From IMG/VR virus record IMGVR_UViG_3300049019_000014, positions 1 through 44,854 of that record: DNA of 44,854 nt; one strand, 5' to 3'. This DNA comes from a virus. The notes under the pieces were generated by a model. That model searched no databases and was not told where the DNA came from. It saw only the letters and a program-made list of their open reading frames with translations. Shown here piece after piece: positions 29,496-39,447 of this stretch. A program made the translations under genes and the position numbers. Numbering within the stretch: position 1 is the first letter of the stretch; every line of letters begins with the position of its first letter.

Positions 29496-30991
29496 TGCGA
29501 TCCTCAACTGCTGCCGGTATCTGGAATGAGCTGCAAGCAGATCGGTCGAACGTTCTCACGAAGGCAGAGCGCTATTCGGCGCTCACCATCCCCACGTTGC
29601 TGATGCCCCAGGGCATGACGACGGATCGGGAAGAGAACACGCACGACATGCAGAGCATCGGCGCCCAGGCCGTGAACCACCTGACCAACAAGGTCATGCT
29701 CGCCATGTTCGCCCCAAGCCGCCCGGCCATGCGCCTGGAGCTGGGAGCGAAGACGAAGAAGCAGGCTGCCGCCAACAAGGTCGATCCGACCCAGGCACTC
29801 AGCACCATCGAACGCGAGGCGTCACAACAGCTCGACAAGAAGGCCCTACGGCCGGCCCTGTACCGCACTATCCGGCTGCTCATCGTCACCGGCAATGCGC
29901 TGCAGCTACGAGAGAAGGACGCCATGCGCGTCTTCAGCATCCGCAGCTACTGCGTCAAGCGGACCATCGACGGTCGTATCCACACGCTGATCGTCAAGGA
30001 AGATATCTGCGCCGACGAGCTTGAGCCGCAGATCCGCGAAGCTGCGGGCCTGTCGGCCGACCGTGAGGCTAAGGTCGCGTACTATAGGCTCATCAAGCTG
30101 ATGGCTGATGGCCGGTACGAAGAGAGCCATCACATTGACCAGCGCCCGCTCGGCGACGAATTCACGAGCATCTACACTGCGGAGAACTCCCCGTGGGATG
30201 CGCTGTGCTGGTCCCGCTCCGACGATGCCAACTACGGCGTTGGTCAGGTCGAGGAATACGCCGGCGACTTCGAGGCCCTCAGCACCTTGTGTGAGAGCAT
30301 CGTGGATGGTGGCGTGGTGGGAACTGAGGTGCGCTGGCTGGTCAACCCTGCCGGCATCACCCAGGTCGATGACCTGAAGGGCAGCAAGAGCGGCGACGTA
30401 CTCCCGGGCAGGCCCGAGGACGTGAACGCTGTCAGCCCGCAGATCGACAAGGCCATGGACATTGCGCTCAAGGTATCCCAGCATTGGGAACAGCGCGTGG
30501 CTCGCGGCTTCCTTCTGACCTCCGCCCTCACCCGCAACGCCGAGCGCGTCACGGCTGAAGAGATCCGGATGACGGCGATGGAACTGGAGACAGCCCTCGG
30601 TGGCGTGTACTCGTTCCTTGCCCATGCGCTGCAGCTCCCGCTGTTCCGCTGGCTGTGCAAGCTGGCTGGGCACGATCTGACGAAGACGGACATCGAACTC
30701 GTCGTGGTCACTGGCCTCGCTGCGCTGTCCCGCACTGGTGATCTGGAGAACCTCGCGCAGGCTTTCGATCTGCTCGGCAAGTTGGCGACTCTCCCCGAGC
30801 CGCTGCTGGCCCGGATGAAGTTCGACAAGTTGGCGACGGACGTTGGCGCAGGCTTCAACGTGGACATGACGCCGTACCTGATGAACGACCAAGAGTTCAG
30901 CACCGCACAAGCTCACGCCGCTGTGGGCCGTGCCGCTGAAGCAACCGTTACCGCTGCCGGTGAATCCGCAGCTCAACAAGGAACCCAATGA
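29495..30991 (+). CDS. Portal (head-tail connector, T7 gp8-like)
   Basis: The ORF is 498 aa. Its position before scaffold and capsid, and its size and composition, are typical of T7-type portals. Confidence 0.85.
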   Translation: MRSSTAAGIWNELQADRSNVLTKAERYSALTIPTLLMPQGMTTDREENTHDMQSIGAQAVNHLTNKVMLAMFAPSRPAMRLELGAKTKKQAAANKVDPTQALSTIEREASQQLDKKALRPALYRTIRLLIVTGNALQLREKDAMRVFSIRSYCVKRTIDGRIHTLIVKEDICADELEPQIREAAGLSADREAKVAYYRLIKLMADGRYEESHHIDQRPLGDEFTSIYTAENSPWDALCWSRSDDANYGVGQVEEYAGDFEALSTLCESIVDGGVVGTEVRWLVNPAGITQVDDLKGSKSGDVLPGRPEDVNAVSPQIDKAMDIALKVSQHWEQRVARGFLLTSALTRNAERVTAEEIRMTAMELETALGGVYSFLAHALQLPLFRWLCKLAGHDLTKTDIELVVVTGLAALSRTGDLENLAQAFDLLGKLATLPEPLLARMKFDKLATDVGAGFNVDMTPYLMNDQEFSTAQAHAAVGRAAEATVTAAGESAAQQGTQ

Positions 30992-31782
30992 CAGAAGCAG
31001 TCGCCGCCCCTGCGGCACCAGCAGCCCCCGGCACTCCCGAGATCGTCGCACCTATTGCGGCTGTCCCTGCTGTCCCCGCCGCGCCGGCCCCCGGCGCCTT
31101 GGAGATCGCTGACCCGGTAGCGGAAGCTGCAAAGGCTGCGGCCGAAGCGGCGGCCAAGCCTGCCGAGGTGTTCACGTACACCCCGAGCGGTGACCCCGGC
31201 CTGGATCTGGCCCTCGACTTCGTCGGCAACCTCGGGTTCGGCCCGGCTCATCCCGCCATCAAGGCGGCCGAGGCCGGCGACTTCAGCCAGCTCGACGCCG
31301 CGCTCAAGGCGATGGGCGACAAGGCCAAGGGATTCGAGAAGGTGCTGGCTGCTGGCAAGGCCGGATTCGAGCGGATCGACACGGCCGGCAAGGAGCGGGC
31401 AGGCAAGACCACTGCCGCGATCCACGAGATCGTGGGCGGCCCTGACCAATGGGTGAACATCCAGAAGTGGGCCGGCGAGAACGCTACCCCCGACGAGCGT
31501 GCTGCGGTGAACGCTGCCCTCAAGGCGGGTGGCATCGTGGCGAAGGCCGTGGCCCGCGAGCTGCACGGGCTCTACATGAAGAACCCCACGGCAGAGAAGG
31601 CCGGTGCTCCGGTGCGCGCCCCTGCTGCACCCACGGCCACGACCGGCTCGAATGCACTCAGCCCCCGCGAGTACACCGCCGAGGTGGCGAAGCTGTCCGC
31701 AAAGATGGGCGGCCGCATGGAGCAGTCCAACGAGTATCGCGATCTGCAAGCACGTCGGCAGGCATGGCGTGGCGGGAAATAA
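30988..31782 (+). CDS. Scaffolding protein (T7 gp9-like)
   Basis: The ORF is 264 aa, Ala/Pro/Glu-rich and low-complexity. It lies between portal and capsid and is ATGA-coupled. Confidence 0.8.
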   Translation: MTEAVAAPAAPAAPGTPEIVAPIAAVPAVPAAPAPGALEIADPVAEAAKAAAEAAAKPAEVFTYTPSGDPGLDLALDFVGNLGFGPAHPAIKAAEAGDFSQLDAALKAMGDKAKGFEKVLAAGKAGFERIDTAGKERAGKTTAAIHEIVGGPDQWVNIQKWAGENATPDERAAVNAALKAGGIVAKAVARELHGLYMKNPTAEKAGAPVRAPAAPTATTGSNALSPREYTAEVAKLSAKMGGRMEQSNEYRDLQARRQAWRGGK

Positions 31783-31785
31783 TCC

Positions 31786-31800
31786 GGTACGCCTAATGCA
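31786..31800 (+). promoter_or_regulatory. Phage-RNAP promoter candidate, copy 3 (upstream of the major capsid gene)
   Basis: It carries the exact motif GGTACGCCTAATGCA, preceded by aataatcc. It ends 48 nt before the capsid ATG. Confidence 0.65.
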
Positions 31801-31847
31801 GACCGTTGCCGCAATCGCGGCTCACAACCTTTAAGGAGTACGCCGCA

Positions 31848-32846
31848 ATGGCTCTCGACGATGTCTACAATGTAACCCACCCAGGCCAGCGCGGTGCGAC
31901 CGGCGCGGTCAACGCCCAACACATCGAAGAGTACACCGGTGTTGTGGAAGCCACCATCGAACGGCTCTCCGTTCTGGCTCCCCACATCCCGATGCGCTCG
32001 GTTCGTGGCACCTCCATCTTCTCGAACTTCGGCGTCGGCGAGTCCGCGCTGCAGAAGGTCGTGCCCGGCGCCGCGCCTGACGGCACCGTGAACAAGTTCG
32101 GCAAGAACTCCGTGACCGTGGACACGCTGGTCCTGGCCCGCTCGGCCTTCCCGCTGCTGGAAACCTTCCAGGTCAGCTACGATGCCCGCGCCGAAGTCGG
32201 CCGTGAGCACGGCAAGAAGCTCGCCAAGTTCACCGACCAAGCGCTGTTCATCGCTGCCCTCAAGGCCGCCGCTGCCACCCAATCGGCCTACGCCGGCCTC
32301 ACCTCGGGTGCTGGTCACTCGGGCGCCTCGCAGGTGGTCATGTCGAACGCCTCCGACTACCTCGACCCGGCCAAGCTGCTCTCCTACCTCGATGACCTGT
32401 TCATCAGCATGGAAGCCAAGGACGTGGACCCGGTGGCCGAGAACCTGATGATCGTGTCCAAGCCCGAGCACTGGTATCGCCTGTCGCAGAACGAGCTGCT
32501 GATCAACACGCAGTACGTCACCGCCAACGGCACCAAGCTGGACAACGTTCCGGTGCTGAAGGATCGCGGCGTCCCCGTGCTGAAGTCCAACAACTTCCCC
32601 GGCGGCGAGACGATCACCGGCCACCTGCTGTCGAACTCGGACAACTCGAACTTCTACGACGGCGACTTCACGAAGACCGTCTTCGGCGTGTTCGGTCCCC
32701 GTGCCATCCAGGCCGGCGAAACCATCCCGCTGACCACGTCGGTGTACTGGTCGCAGGAATACCTGCAGTGGCTCGTGGACGCCTACACCTCGTTCGGCGC
32801 CGGCCCGAACCGCGTCGAGTACGCTGGTCGGATCGACAAGCCCTAA
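31848..32846 (+). CDS. Major capsid protein (T7 gp10-like)
   Basis: The ORF is 332 aa from ATG 31848, with AAGGAG at 31833-31838. The TTG at 31806 in the ORF track would overlap the promoter. A strong intrinsic terminator follows. Confidence 0.88.
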   Translation: MALDDVYNVTHPGQRGATGAVNAQHIEEYTGVVEATIERLSVLAPHIPMRSVRGTSIFSNFGVGESALQKVVPGAAPDGTVNKFGKNSVTVDTLVLARSAFPLLETFQVSYDARAEVGREHGKKLAKFTDQALFIAALKAAAATQSAYAGLTSGAGHSGASQVVMSNASDYLDPAKLLSYLDDLFISMEAKDVDPVAENLMIVSKPEHWYRLSQNELLINTQYVTANGTKLDNVPVLKDRGVPVLKSNNFPGGETITGHLLSNSDNSNFYDGDFTKTVFGVFGPRAIQAGETIPLTTSVYWSQEYLQWLVDAYTSFGAGPNRVEYAGRIDKP

Positions 32847-32880
32847 TCAGTAGCCCGGCCGTGCCGTAAGTGCTACCAGT

Positions 32881-32914
32881 CCCCCGCCCTCACAGGTGGG
32901 GGATTTTTTCTTTT
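32881..32914 (+). terminator. Intrinsic terminator after the capsid gene (T7 Tphi-like position)
   Basis: The stem-loop is cccccgcc-ctcaca-ggtggggg (8 bp including one G.U), followed by a-TTTTTT-c-TTTT. Confidence 0.8.
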
Positions 32915-32929
32915 ACGCGCGGAGGCTAT

Positions 32930-33502
32930 ATGCAGACCCTCGACGTTATCAATCAGTGCTTGGCGACCATGGGCGAACGGCCCATTGCAGCGCTAAACAC
33001 CCCACATCGTTTCTTGGATGCAGCCAAGTCTGTACTGAACACCAAGCGCAGGGTACACCTTGCACTCGGCTGGTGGTTCAACACTGAAACCAACATACTA
33101 GCCCCGCAAGCCGTAACCGGTTACGTCATACTCGGCAATGACGTGATGAACGTAAAGCCGGACGTGTGCAACTCGCAGTACGTTGTTCGTGGGCTCAAGT
33201 TGTATGACAAAGACTTGGGCAGTTACGAAATAGGAAAGAGCCTCACTGTTGAGGTAATTCGGGACATCCCCTTCGAGGACATTCCCGAAAGCGTGGCACA
33301 GTATATCGCTGCTGAGGCCGTGCTGCAGTTTCAGTCAGACTTCGACGGCGACAGTGACAAGCGCCGCAAGTTGTCAGACTCCCGTGATCGTGCTTTGATC
33401 CTGGCGAACGCCGATCAGACCCGTTATTCACAAGCCAACTTCCTGACGCAGAGTGCGCGTCTTCAAGCCATTAAGGCGCGCATGCGCCGAAGGATCTACT
33501 GA
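32930..33502 (+). CDS. Tail tubular protein A (T7 gp11-like)
   Basis: The ORF is 190 aa from ATG 32930, with a GGAGG RBS. The 'INQCLATMGERPIAALN' N-terminus is typical of gp11-like proteins. It precedes the gp12-like gene. Confidence 0.8.
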   Translation: MQTLDVINQCLATMGERPIAALNTPHRFLDAAKSVLNTKRRVHLALGWWFNTETNILAPQAVTGYVILGNDVMNVKPDVCNSQYVVRGLKLYDKDLGSYEIGKSLTVEVIRDIPFEDIPESVAQYIAAEAVLQFQSDFDGDSDKRRKLSDSRDRALILANADQTRYSQANFLTQSARLQAIKARMRRRIY

Positions 33503-36219
33503 TGAAGGTCGAATCCGCATACCCGACCCTACAGCTCGGGGTCACCCAGCAGGCGCCGAGCGTGCGGCTTCCTGGCCAACACACGGCACAAGACAACATG
33601 CTCCCTGATCCTGTGCAGGGGGTAACCCGCAGGCCAGGGAGTCAACAGATTGCAGTCGCAGCGGGTGGTGTGCCCGGTCTGGATCTCAGCACGATGCGGC
33701 AGCACCCCTTCAGCTACGCTAACAAGGACTATCTTGTGTGTGCACCAGAATCAGGGTATCAGGCAATGGGTGCCCCCTTTCTGGTGTTCAACATAACGGA
33801 CAAGCGCTTCGAGAACGTGGTGTTCGATACTGCGGACACCGGAGTAACGACACTGATGCAGTCAGGTCTTAGCGCTATAGCCAGTGTCGGCAAGTACGTG
33901 TTCGCAAGTGGCAACGACAGCCGCATGCTCGCAACTAGCGTCGCAACCTGGGGAGACTCCGGGGTTGACAACTTTGGTCGGGCGGTTCTATGGGTGCGGG
34001 CCGGGGTCTACAGCCGCACTATCAAGGCGACGGCCACCCTCGCTGACGACAGCACGGTAACCTTCTCCTACACCACCCCGAGCAGCGCGTTCAGTGGCAC
34101 CCTAGACACGAGCCACGTGCCCGTGTTTGCTGCAGATCCCTCCGGGGGTACGCAGGCTGACACTGAGGCCGCGTATGTGGTTGAATATCCAGCAGGTAGC
34201 GGCACTGGGCGACACGAGTTGAACTGGTACGAATGGTCCCCTAGCGGACTGTCCGTAAACCGGGCAGGCGTGCCATTGACCAACGTGCATCCTGCAGCAC
34301 CCAGCGGGAACAACGAATACGCCTGGAACTCTGCGGACCCCCGCTATGTGTTGTTTGATTTCTTCAATCCCACCATCCCTCTAACGATCACGTATACGCA
34401 CAACAAGACCGTCCCAAATCCGAACTACAGCAAGATAGTTAGTGACATCACTAACGCATACAATTCTGCTCTGACGCAGTGGATCGTGTCTTCCGCTGAG
34501 GCTGTGCAGGCATCCGCGATAGCCGAACAGTTGCGCCTCGCTGCCGTTTCGGCCGGCTGTACTGTATCCCGCGTAGATGGGCATCTGCTGTTCGAGGGGA
34601 TGAAGGCACTAACCGTAGACGACGGCGGAGACGGTTCTCTAGTGCTGGCTGTGGCAAACAACATTCAAGACGTTGCCGACCTGACCAAGAAGCACTGGAT
34701 CGGGAAGGTTGTGCGTGTGCGCCCAGTTAGTAGCTCCGAGGCCTTCTACATGAAGGCCATCGCGTCCAACGACGGTGACACTGGCTGGGCAGACGTTAAG
34801 TGGATTGAGGGAACTGCCTTCGAGCACACGCTCAGTGGGGGCCTGATATATGGGGTTCCAAGCGGGAACAACTTCTACGTTGCCAGCAGCGCGTCCGGGC
34901 TTTCAGCATTGCTTCCTGGTGTGCACCCAACCTATACGGTAAGCACGGCAGGTGACTTGGACACAAGCCCGCTACCGTACTTTGTTAACAGAAAGATCAG
35001 CTACCTCGGGGTGTTTCAGGATAGACTCCTAATCGGCAGCGGAGCAGTAATTCGTGCGAGTAAGATTGGGGAGTATCTCACATTCTTCAGGTCCAGTGTG
35101 CTCACTGTGCCCGCCGATGACCCGCTGGAAATGCTGTCACAGGGCACTGACGACGACGTGATACGATTCGGCTGTCTCTATAACCGCAGTCTAGTGCTGT
35201 TTGGCAAGAGGCAGTACATGATTAACGGGGCCATCGCGCTAACCCCAACATCGGCGATCATGCCTGTCCTGTCAAGCCACTCTGGCGCAGACGACGTGCA
35301 GCCTGTGGCTACTGGTGGATACGTCTTCTACGTGAAGCGTAACTTGACCGGCAGCGGGGTACACCAACTGCAGCCCGGGAGGAACAGCGACGAGGCGGAA
35401 AGTTTCTCGATAAGCTCGCAGTTAGACGCCTACATACCCCCGAGTGCGCAGACGATCATCGATGTGCCGTCACCAAGCATGCTGATCGTGAGAGCAGGCG
35501 ACAGCCGAAGGGTGTGGGTCTACAAGTACCTTGACACCCCGGAAGGTCGCGTACAGGGGGCGTGGTATCGCTGGACATACGGAGAAGGGAACGGGCAACT
35601 TGTGGCGGTATGGGCTACACCCGACGGTGTGCTGCTATTGTGGCAGCGCGACCTGTCATGGGTTGCTGACATACAGCCCCTGACGACAGACGATCGCTCT
35701 AGGCCGTACCTAGACAGTATGGTTGAATACACCGCTGACTCTGCGAGAGACGCAGTCGCGTATGACCGCACAAGCGAGCATTTCCTCTACGGCGACGTGT
35801 GGAACAACGCTGCGGCCCTGATCGACACCTTCGGGAGTAATGGCCTACAGTCGGGCTTCTTGAACGATTCGTTCATCACTCTCTCTCCAGTATACGCACG
35901 AGACAATCGCGACAAGGCGCGGCTATCCGGCCGCACGGTTGTTAGTATGGTGAACGTGAAGATGAAAAGCAGTGCCGGCTTTGTCGCAGTCATAGCGGAC
36001 GCTGACCGGGAAGAGACTATAGAGCAGACGTACAACGCCGAGCTTGAGGGGATCGCAGATCCTGACGAGGTGGCACTGACGAGCGAGCGTGTGCCGGTCA
36101 GCATCGGCTGCGAGACTGAGGCGTACGAGCTGACGCTCAAGGCGCGCGACTGGTTGCCTCTGACGATATCCAGCATCGACTGGACAGGGCAGTATTTCAA
36201 CAGCACCCCGAGGATCTAA
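33502..36219 (+). CDS. Tail tubular protein B (T7 gp12-like)
   Basis: The ORF is 905 aa. The N-terminus 'LQLGVTQQAPSVRLPGQHTAQDNMLPDPVQGVTRRPG' matches the conserved gp12 start. Confidence 0.85.
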   Translation: MKVESAYPTLQLGVTQQAPSVRLPGQHTAQDNMLPDPVQGVTRRPGSQQIAVAAGGVPGLDLSTMRQHPFSYANKDYLVCAPESGYQAMGAPFLVFNITDKRFENVVFDTADTGVTTLMQSGLSAIASVGKYVFASGNDSRMLATSVATWGDSGVDNFGRAVLWVRAGVYSRTIKATATLADDSTVTFSYTTPSSAFSGTLDTSHVPVFAADPSGGTQADTEAAYVVEYPAGSGTGRHELNWYEWSPSGLSVNRAGVPLTNVHPAAPSGNNEYAWNSADPRYVLFDFFNPTIPLTITYTHNKTVPNPNYSKIVSDITNAYNSALTQWIVSSAEAVQASAIAEQLRLAAVSAGCTVSRVDGHLLFEGMKALTVDDGGDGSLVLAVANNIQDVADLTKKHWIGKVVRVRPVSSSEAFYMKAIASNDGDTGWADVKWIEGTAFEHTLSGGLIYGVPSGNNFYVASSASGLSALLPGVHPTYTVSTAGDLDTSPLPYFVNRKISYLGVFQDRLLIGSGAVIRASKIGEYLTFFRSSVLTVPADDPLEMLSQGTDDDVIRFGCLYNRSLVLFGKRQYMINGAIALTPTSAIMPVLSSHSGADDVQPVATGGYVFYVKRNLTGSGVHQLQPGRNSDEAESFSISSQLDAYIPPSAQTIIDVPSPSMLIVRAGDSRRVWVYKYLDTPEGRVQGAWYRWTYGEGNGQLVAVWATPDGVLLLWQRDLSWVADIQPLTTDDRSRPYLDSMVEYTADSARDAVAYDRTSEHFLYGDVWNNAAALIDTFGSNGLQSGFLNDSFITLSPVYARDNRDKARLSGRTVVSMVNVKMKSSAGFVAVIADADREETIEQTYNAELEGIADPDEVALTSERVPVSIGCETEAYELTLKARDWLPLTISSIDWTGQYFNSTPRI

Positions 36220-36221
36220 CT

Positions 36222-37073
36222 ATGGGACAGATGGCAATGGGGCAGGCAATCGCCGGCGCCGGTCAGGCTCAGAATCAGGGGTGGATCGACCGCTCAGAAA
36301 TTCGTGCCAACAATGCAGTAGCTAAGGCAAACGCCCGCGCTGAGAACCTGACCCGCTCGGGGCAGAACCTACTGCAGGCGGCGGCTAACTCGCTTGCCCG
36401 ATTCAACCAGTCGCGCAACAACCAGGAGCTGCTGAAGTCCGGTGGTGAGCAGGTTGCGGCGCTGCTGACCAATGCGGCCCGCGCCGATCAGGCAATGCTG
36501 CGCCAGGGCTTCGAGGGCGCCATCCAGCACTCCGAGCAGATGGGCATGCAGGCTGCCATGACGGCGGCCAGCGGCGCGGGCGGGACGGTGATCGATGACG
36601 TGAACGGCGCTTCGGCGCTGCGGTACGCCAGGGCTCGCGGCGCTGCCGAGGACTACCGTACCACGGTGATCCACGATACGGTGGTCAAGGCGACAGCGAT
36701 CATGGAGCAGACGCAGAGCAGCATCAACAACGGTGTGATCTTTGACAACGTCGATTACCGCACCAGCGTTGCGCAGACGAAGGCAGAACCTAACCTCGCG
36801 GCGAAGGTGATCCTCGGAGCAGCGGATGCCGTGTTCGGCAGCAGCGGCAAGGGGCCGGGCGGGTTCGGCAGCAGCAATGACACGCTGAAGGTGGACGAGA
36901 ACCAGACCTCTGCCGAGGTGGCGCGCCTGATGCGCTACGAAGCGGCGGCCGCGATGAACAAGCAAACCTCTGCGGAGGACACCTATGGCGAGGCCCTGAG
37001 CAGCGGCAGCACCTTCAACGTCGGCGACACCCAACAGGTGTATAGCCAATACCTTAGCATCGGAGAGACCTGA
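36222..37073 (+). CDS. Internal virion protein A (gp14-class)
   Basis: The ORF is 283 aa and Ala/Gln/Asn-rich. It is the first of three genes between tail tubular B and the tail fibre. Confidence 0.7.
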   Translation: MGQMAMGQAIAGAGQAQNQGWIDRSEIRANNAVAKANARAENLTRSGQNLLQAAANSLARFNQSRNNQELLKSGGEQVAALLTNAARADQAMLRQGFEGAIQHSEQMGMQAAMTAASGAGGTVIDDVNGASALRYARARGAAEDYRTTVIHDTVVKATAIMEQTQSSINNGVIFDNVDYRTSVAQTKAEPNLAAKVILGAADAVFGSSGKGPGGFGSSNDTLKVDENQTSAEVARLMRYEAAAAMNKQTSAEDTYGEALSSGSTFNVGDTQQVYSQYLSIGET

Positions 37074-39439
37074 TGGCACAACAAGAGAACGCGCTCGGCG
37101 CCCCGACCGAGGGCCTCGGCCAGACAGTGACCTTCGCGCTGAGGGGCGTGGAAGGGGCACCGCAGATCGACGCGCTGGGGCCGGCGCACATCCGGCAGGA
37201 CATCAGCGGCGGACAGTCGGGTGCGCTTGAGCTGCAAGGCGGCGTTGTCCGCCAGCCCAACGACCCGACGATGGCCCTGCTGCTGAAGGTCGGTGAGGGC
37301 ATCATGGCCCCGCAGATCGAGAAGCAGCGCAAGGATGCGTACCTGCTCGGAATGCAGAAGGCGCGGGCCGGTCAGGCCATGCTGGACATCGCCGAAGAGC
37401 AGCCGTGGTACTCGAAGATTTTCGGGGATTCGGATGTCGTAGCCGGTGCCCGCGCGTTCACGCAGCAGACGAAGGCGCAAGAGGCCGTGCTCGCACTGCA
37501 GGAGCAGATGCCCGAGCTGCGCAAGAAGGGCCTGGACGAGGCGCGTGCAGTGATGACCAGCATGGTGGACAAGTCGATGACCGGCGATGCCGAGACCGAC
37601 GTGTTCCTCATGAACAGCTTCTCCCGCACGATGCCCGGTCTGATGGCGACCCACGCCCGCGAGCACTACAAGTACACGCAAGAGCAGGCCGTGGAGACGC
37701 ACGGCAAGATGCTTGCGAGCGGCGCGAAGCTGCTGCAGGCGCAGGCCGGCGAGCACTTCCGCAACGGCACGGACTCGCTGGAGTACGACTCCGCAAAGGC
37801 GCAGTACCTGGGCCTGATCGCACAGCCGGCCGGCATGGAGGATGAGGCGTACGAGAAGGCGCTGTCGCAGCACATCGTTGCCACGGCAGAGAACGGGGAC
37901 TTCCACGCCATCGCGGTGATGCGGGAGTCCGGTGCTATTGATCGGCTGCCCGAGAAGACGCGGGCCACGATCCTGCGCACTATCGACGTGAACGAGCGGC
38001 AGCTCCCGAGCGGCCCGCAGGGTGACGAGTTCGCAGACCGGCTGTACCAGATCCGGCAGCTCGCGCACAACATCCGCGTGAACGACGGCCCCATCGTGGA
38101 CCCCTCCGTACTGCGCAGGCAGTACGAGCAGATGAACGCGGATTGGATGCGCGTGTCCGGCAGCACCCGGCCGATGGTGGACAAGAAGGTCCAGGCCAGC
38201 GAGGCTGTGCAGATGGCCGACGAGATCCAGCAGGCCATGGACAAGGATCACCGGGAGCGCATGGCGGCGGCACGTGAGGCAGCGCGCGAGGCGAAGCTGA
38301 ACCGGCTTCTATCGCTGCAGTCGGCCGCTGCGGGCGACCGCGAGAAGGCGGGCACCACCGCTTGGAACATGGCGAACCCGGCCTCTGTGCTGTTCGGCGC
38401 CGACAAGCTGAAAGAGGACGAGGTGAACTCCCTCATCAGCACGCAGATGGCCCCGCTACTCATGAAGCCCGGCGCGCTGACTCCCGACGAGGAACAGCAA
38501 TACTTCCGACTGGGCGCCTTCATGAGTGTAGGCGCCGGGGACAACTTGGTCAAGGCCATCCTTGCCCCGATGTACCAAGCCGCGAAGACCGCAGGCAATC
38601 CGACTACCCCGCAGTTCGCTGCAGTGTACGACAACTACCTGCGCATGCGCAAGGTGAACCCGCTGGCCCTCGGCCATATGTTCGACGGTGAGACGCTGAA
38701 GGAACTGAATATGTTCTACCAGCAGCACCCGAACCCGGTGACACGAGACGCGAGCGGAAACCCCGGCATCAGCATGGCCGCCGTCAGCGCCTTCGCCTCG
38801 GCCATAGATCCTAACACCAAGCTGCCGAAGCAGGTGCTGGACAAGAAGGAGCACTCGGCCCTAGTCGCCCAGGTGGTGAAGGACCAGAGCTTCTGGCAAC
38901 CGGAAATGATGGGCGGCTCGCCGGACATCAGCAAGGTGCAGGCCGACCGCATCGCCTTGCGTATGAACGCGCAGATCGAAGCGCTGCTACCCTCCGTGGG
39001 CGGCAACGTGGAGCTTGCGACTAAGCAGGCGTGGTCCACGTTCACTGAGCAGGGCGGCCGGATCATCGGCGGGTACGAGGTCACAGATCGCTCGCTGAAG
39101 GGCAAGCAAGACTGGCAGATATTCGCACAGGATGATCCTAACGTCGTGTTCCCGAACGAGCCCGGCATCATCGGCAAGGGCTTCAAGGACTACGTGCGCA
39201 AGCGCGTGGAGACTGTCGGCGGGGAGCACCCCGATGACGCGGTCATCCAGCCCACCGGCGACGGCAAGAGCTTCAGCATCCTGACGACAACCCGCGACGG
39301 CAAGCAAGCGTCGATCCCCGGATCGTACGCGGCGGCTGGTGCACTGTTGCACCACAAGGCCGAAATGCGCAAGCGCGGTACACCCGCTGTGCCGGAAGGC
39401 AATCAAGAACTGCAAGCATGGCGTGACAGCCTGAAGTAA
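37073..39439 (+). CDS. Internal virion protein B (gp15-class)
   Basis: The ORF is 788 aa and TGATG-coupled. The call rests on position and size. I saw no recognisable lysozyme motif. Confidence 0.7.
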   Translation: MAQQENALGAPTEGLGQTVTFALRGVEGAPQIDALGPAHIRQDISGGQSGALELQGGVVRQPNDPTMALLLKVGEGIMAPQIEKQRKDAYLLGMQKARAGQAMLDIAEEQPWYSKIFGDSDVVAGARAFTQQTKAQEAVLALQEQMPELRKKGLDEARAVMTSMVDKSMTGDAETDVFLMNSFSRTMPGLMATHAREHYKYTQEQAVETHGKMLASGAKLLQAQAGEHFRNGTDSLEYDSAKAQYLGLIAQPAGMEDEAYEKALSQHIVATAENGDFHAIAVMRESGAIDRLPEKTRATILRTIDVNERQLPSGPQGDEFADRLYQIRQLAHNIRVNDGPIVDPSVLRRQYEQMNADWMRVSGSTRPMVDKKVQASEAVQMADEIQQAMDKDHRERMAAAREAAREAKLNRLLSLQSAAAGDREKAGTTAWNMANPASVLFGADKLKEDEVNSLISTQMAPLLMKPGALTPDEEQQYFRLGAFMSVGAGDNLVKAILAPMYQAAKTAGNPTTPQFAAVYDNYLRMRKVNPLALGHMFDGETLKELNMFYQQHPNPVTRDASGNPGISMAAVSAFASAIDPNTKLPKQVLDKKEHSALVAQVVKDQSFWQPEMMGGSPDISKVQADRIALRMNAQIEALLPSVGGNVELATKQAWSTFTEQGGRIIGGYEVTDRSLKGKQDWQIFAQDDPNVVFPNEPGIIGKGFKDYVRKRVETVGGEHPDDAVIQPTGDGKSFSILTTTRDGKQASIPGSYAAAGALLHHKAEMRKRGTPAVPEGNQELQAWRDSLK

Positions 39440-39447
39440 GGAAACCA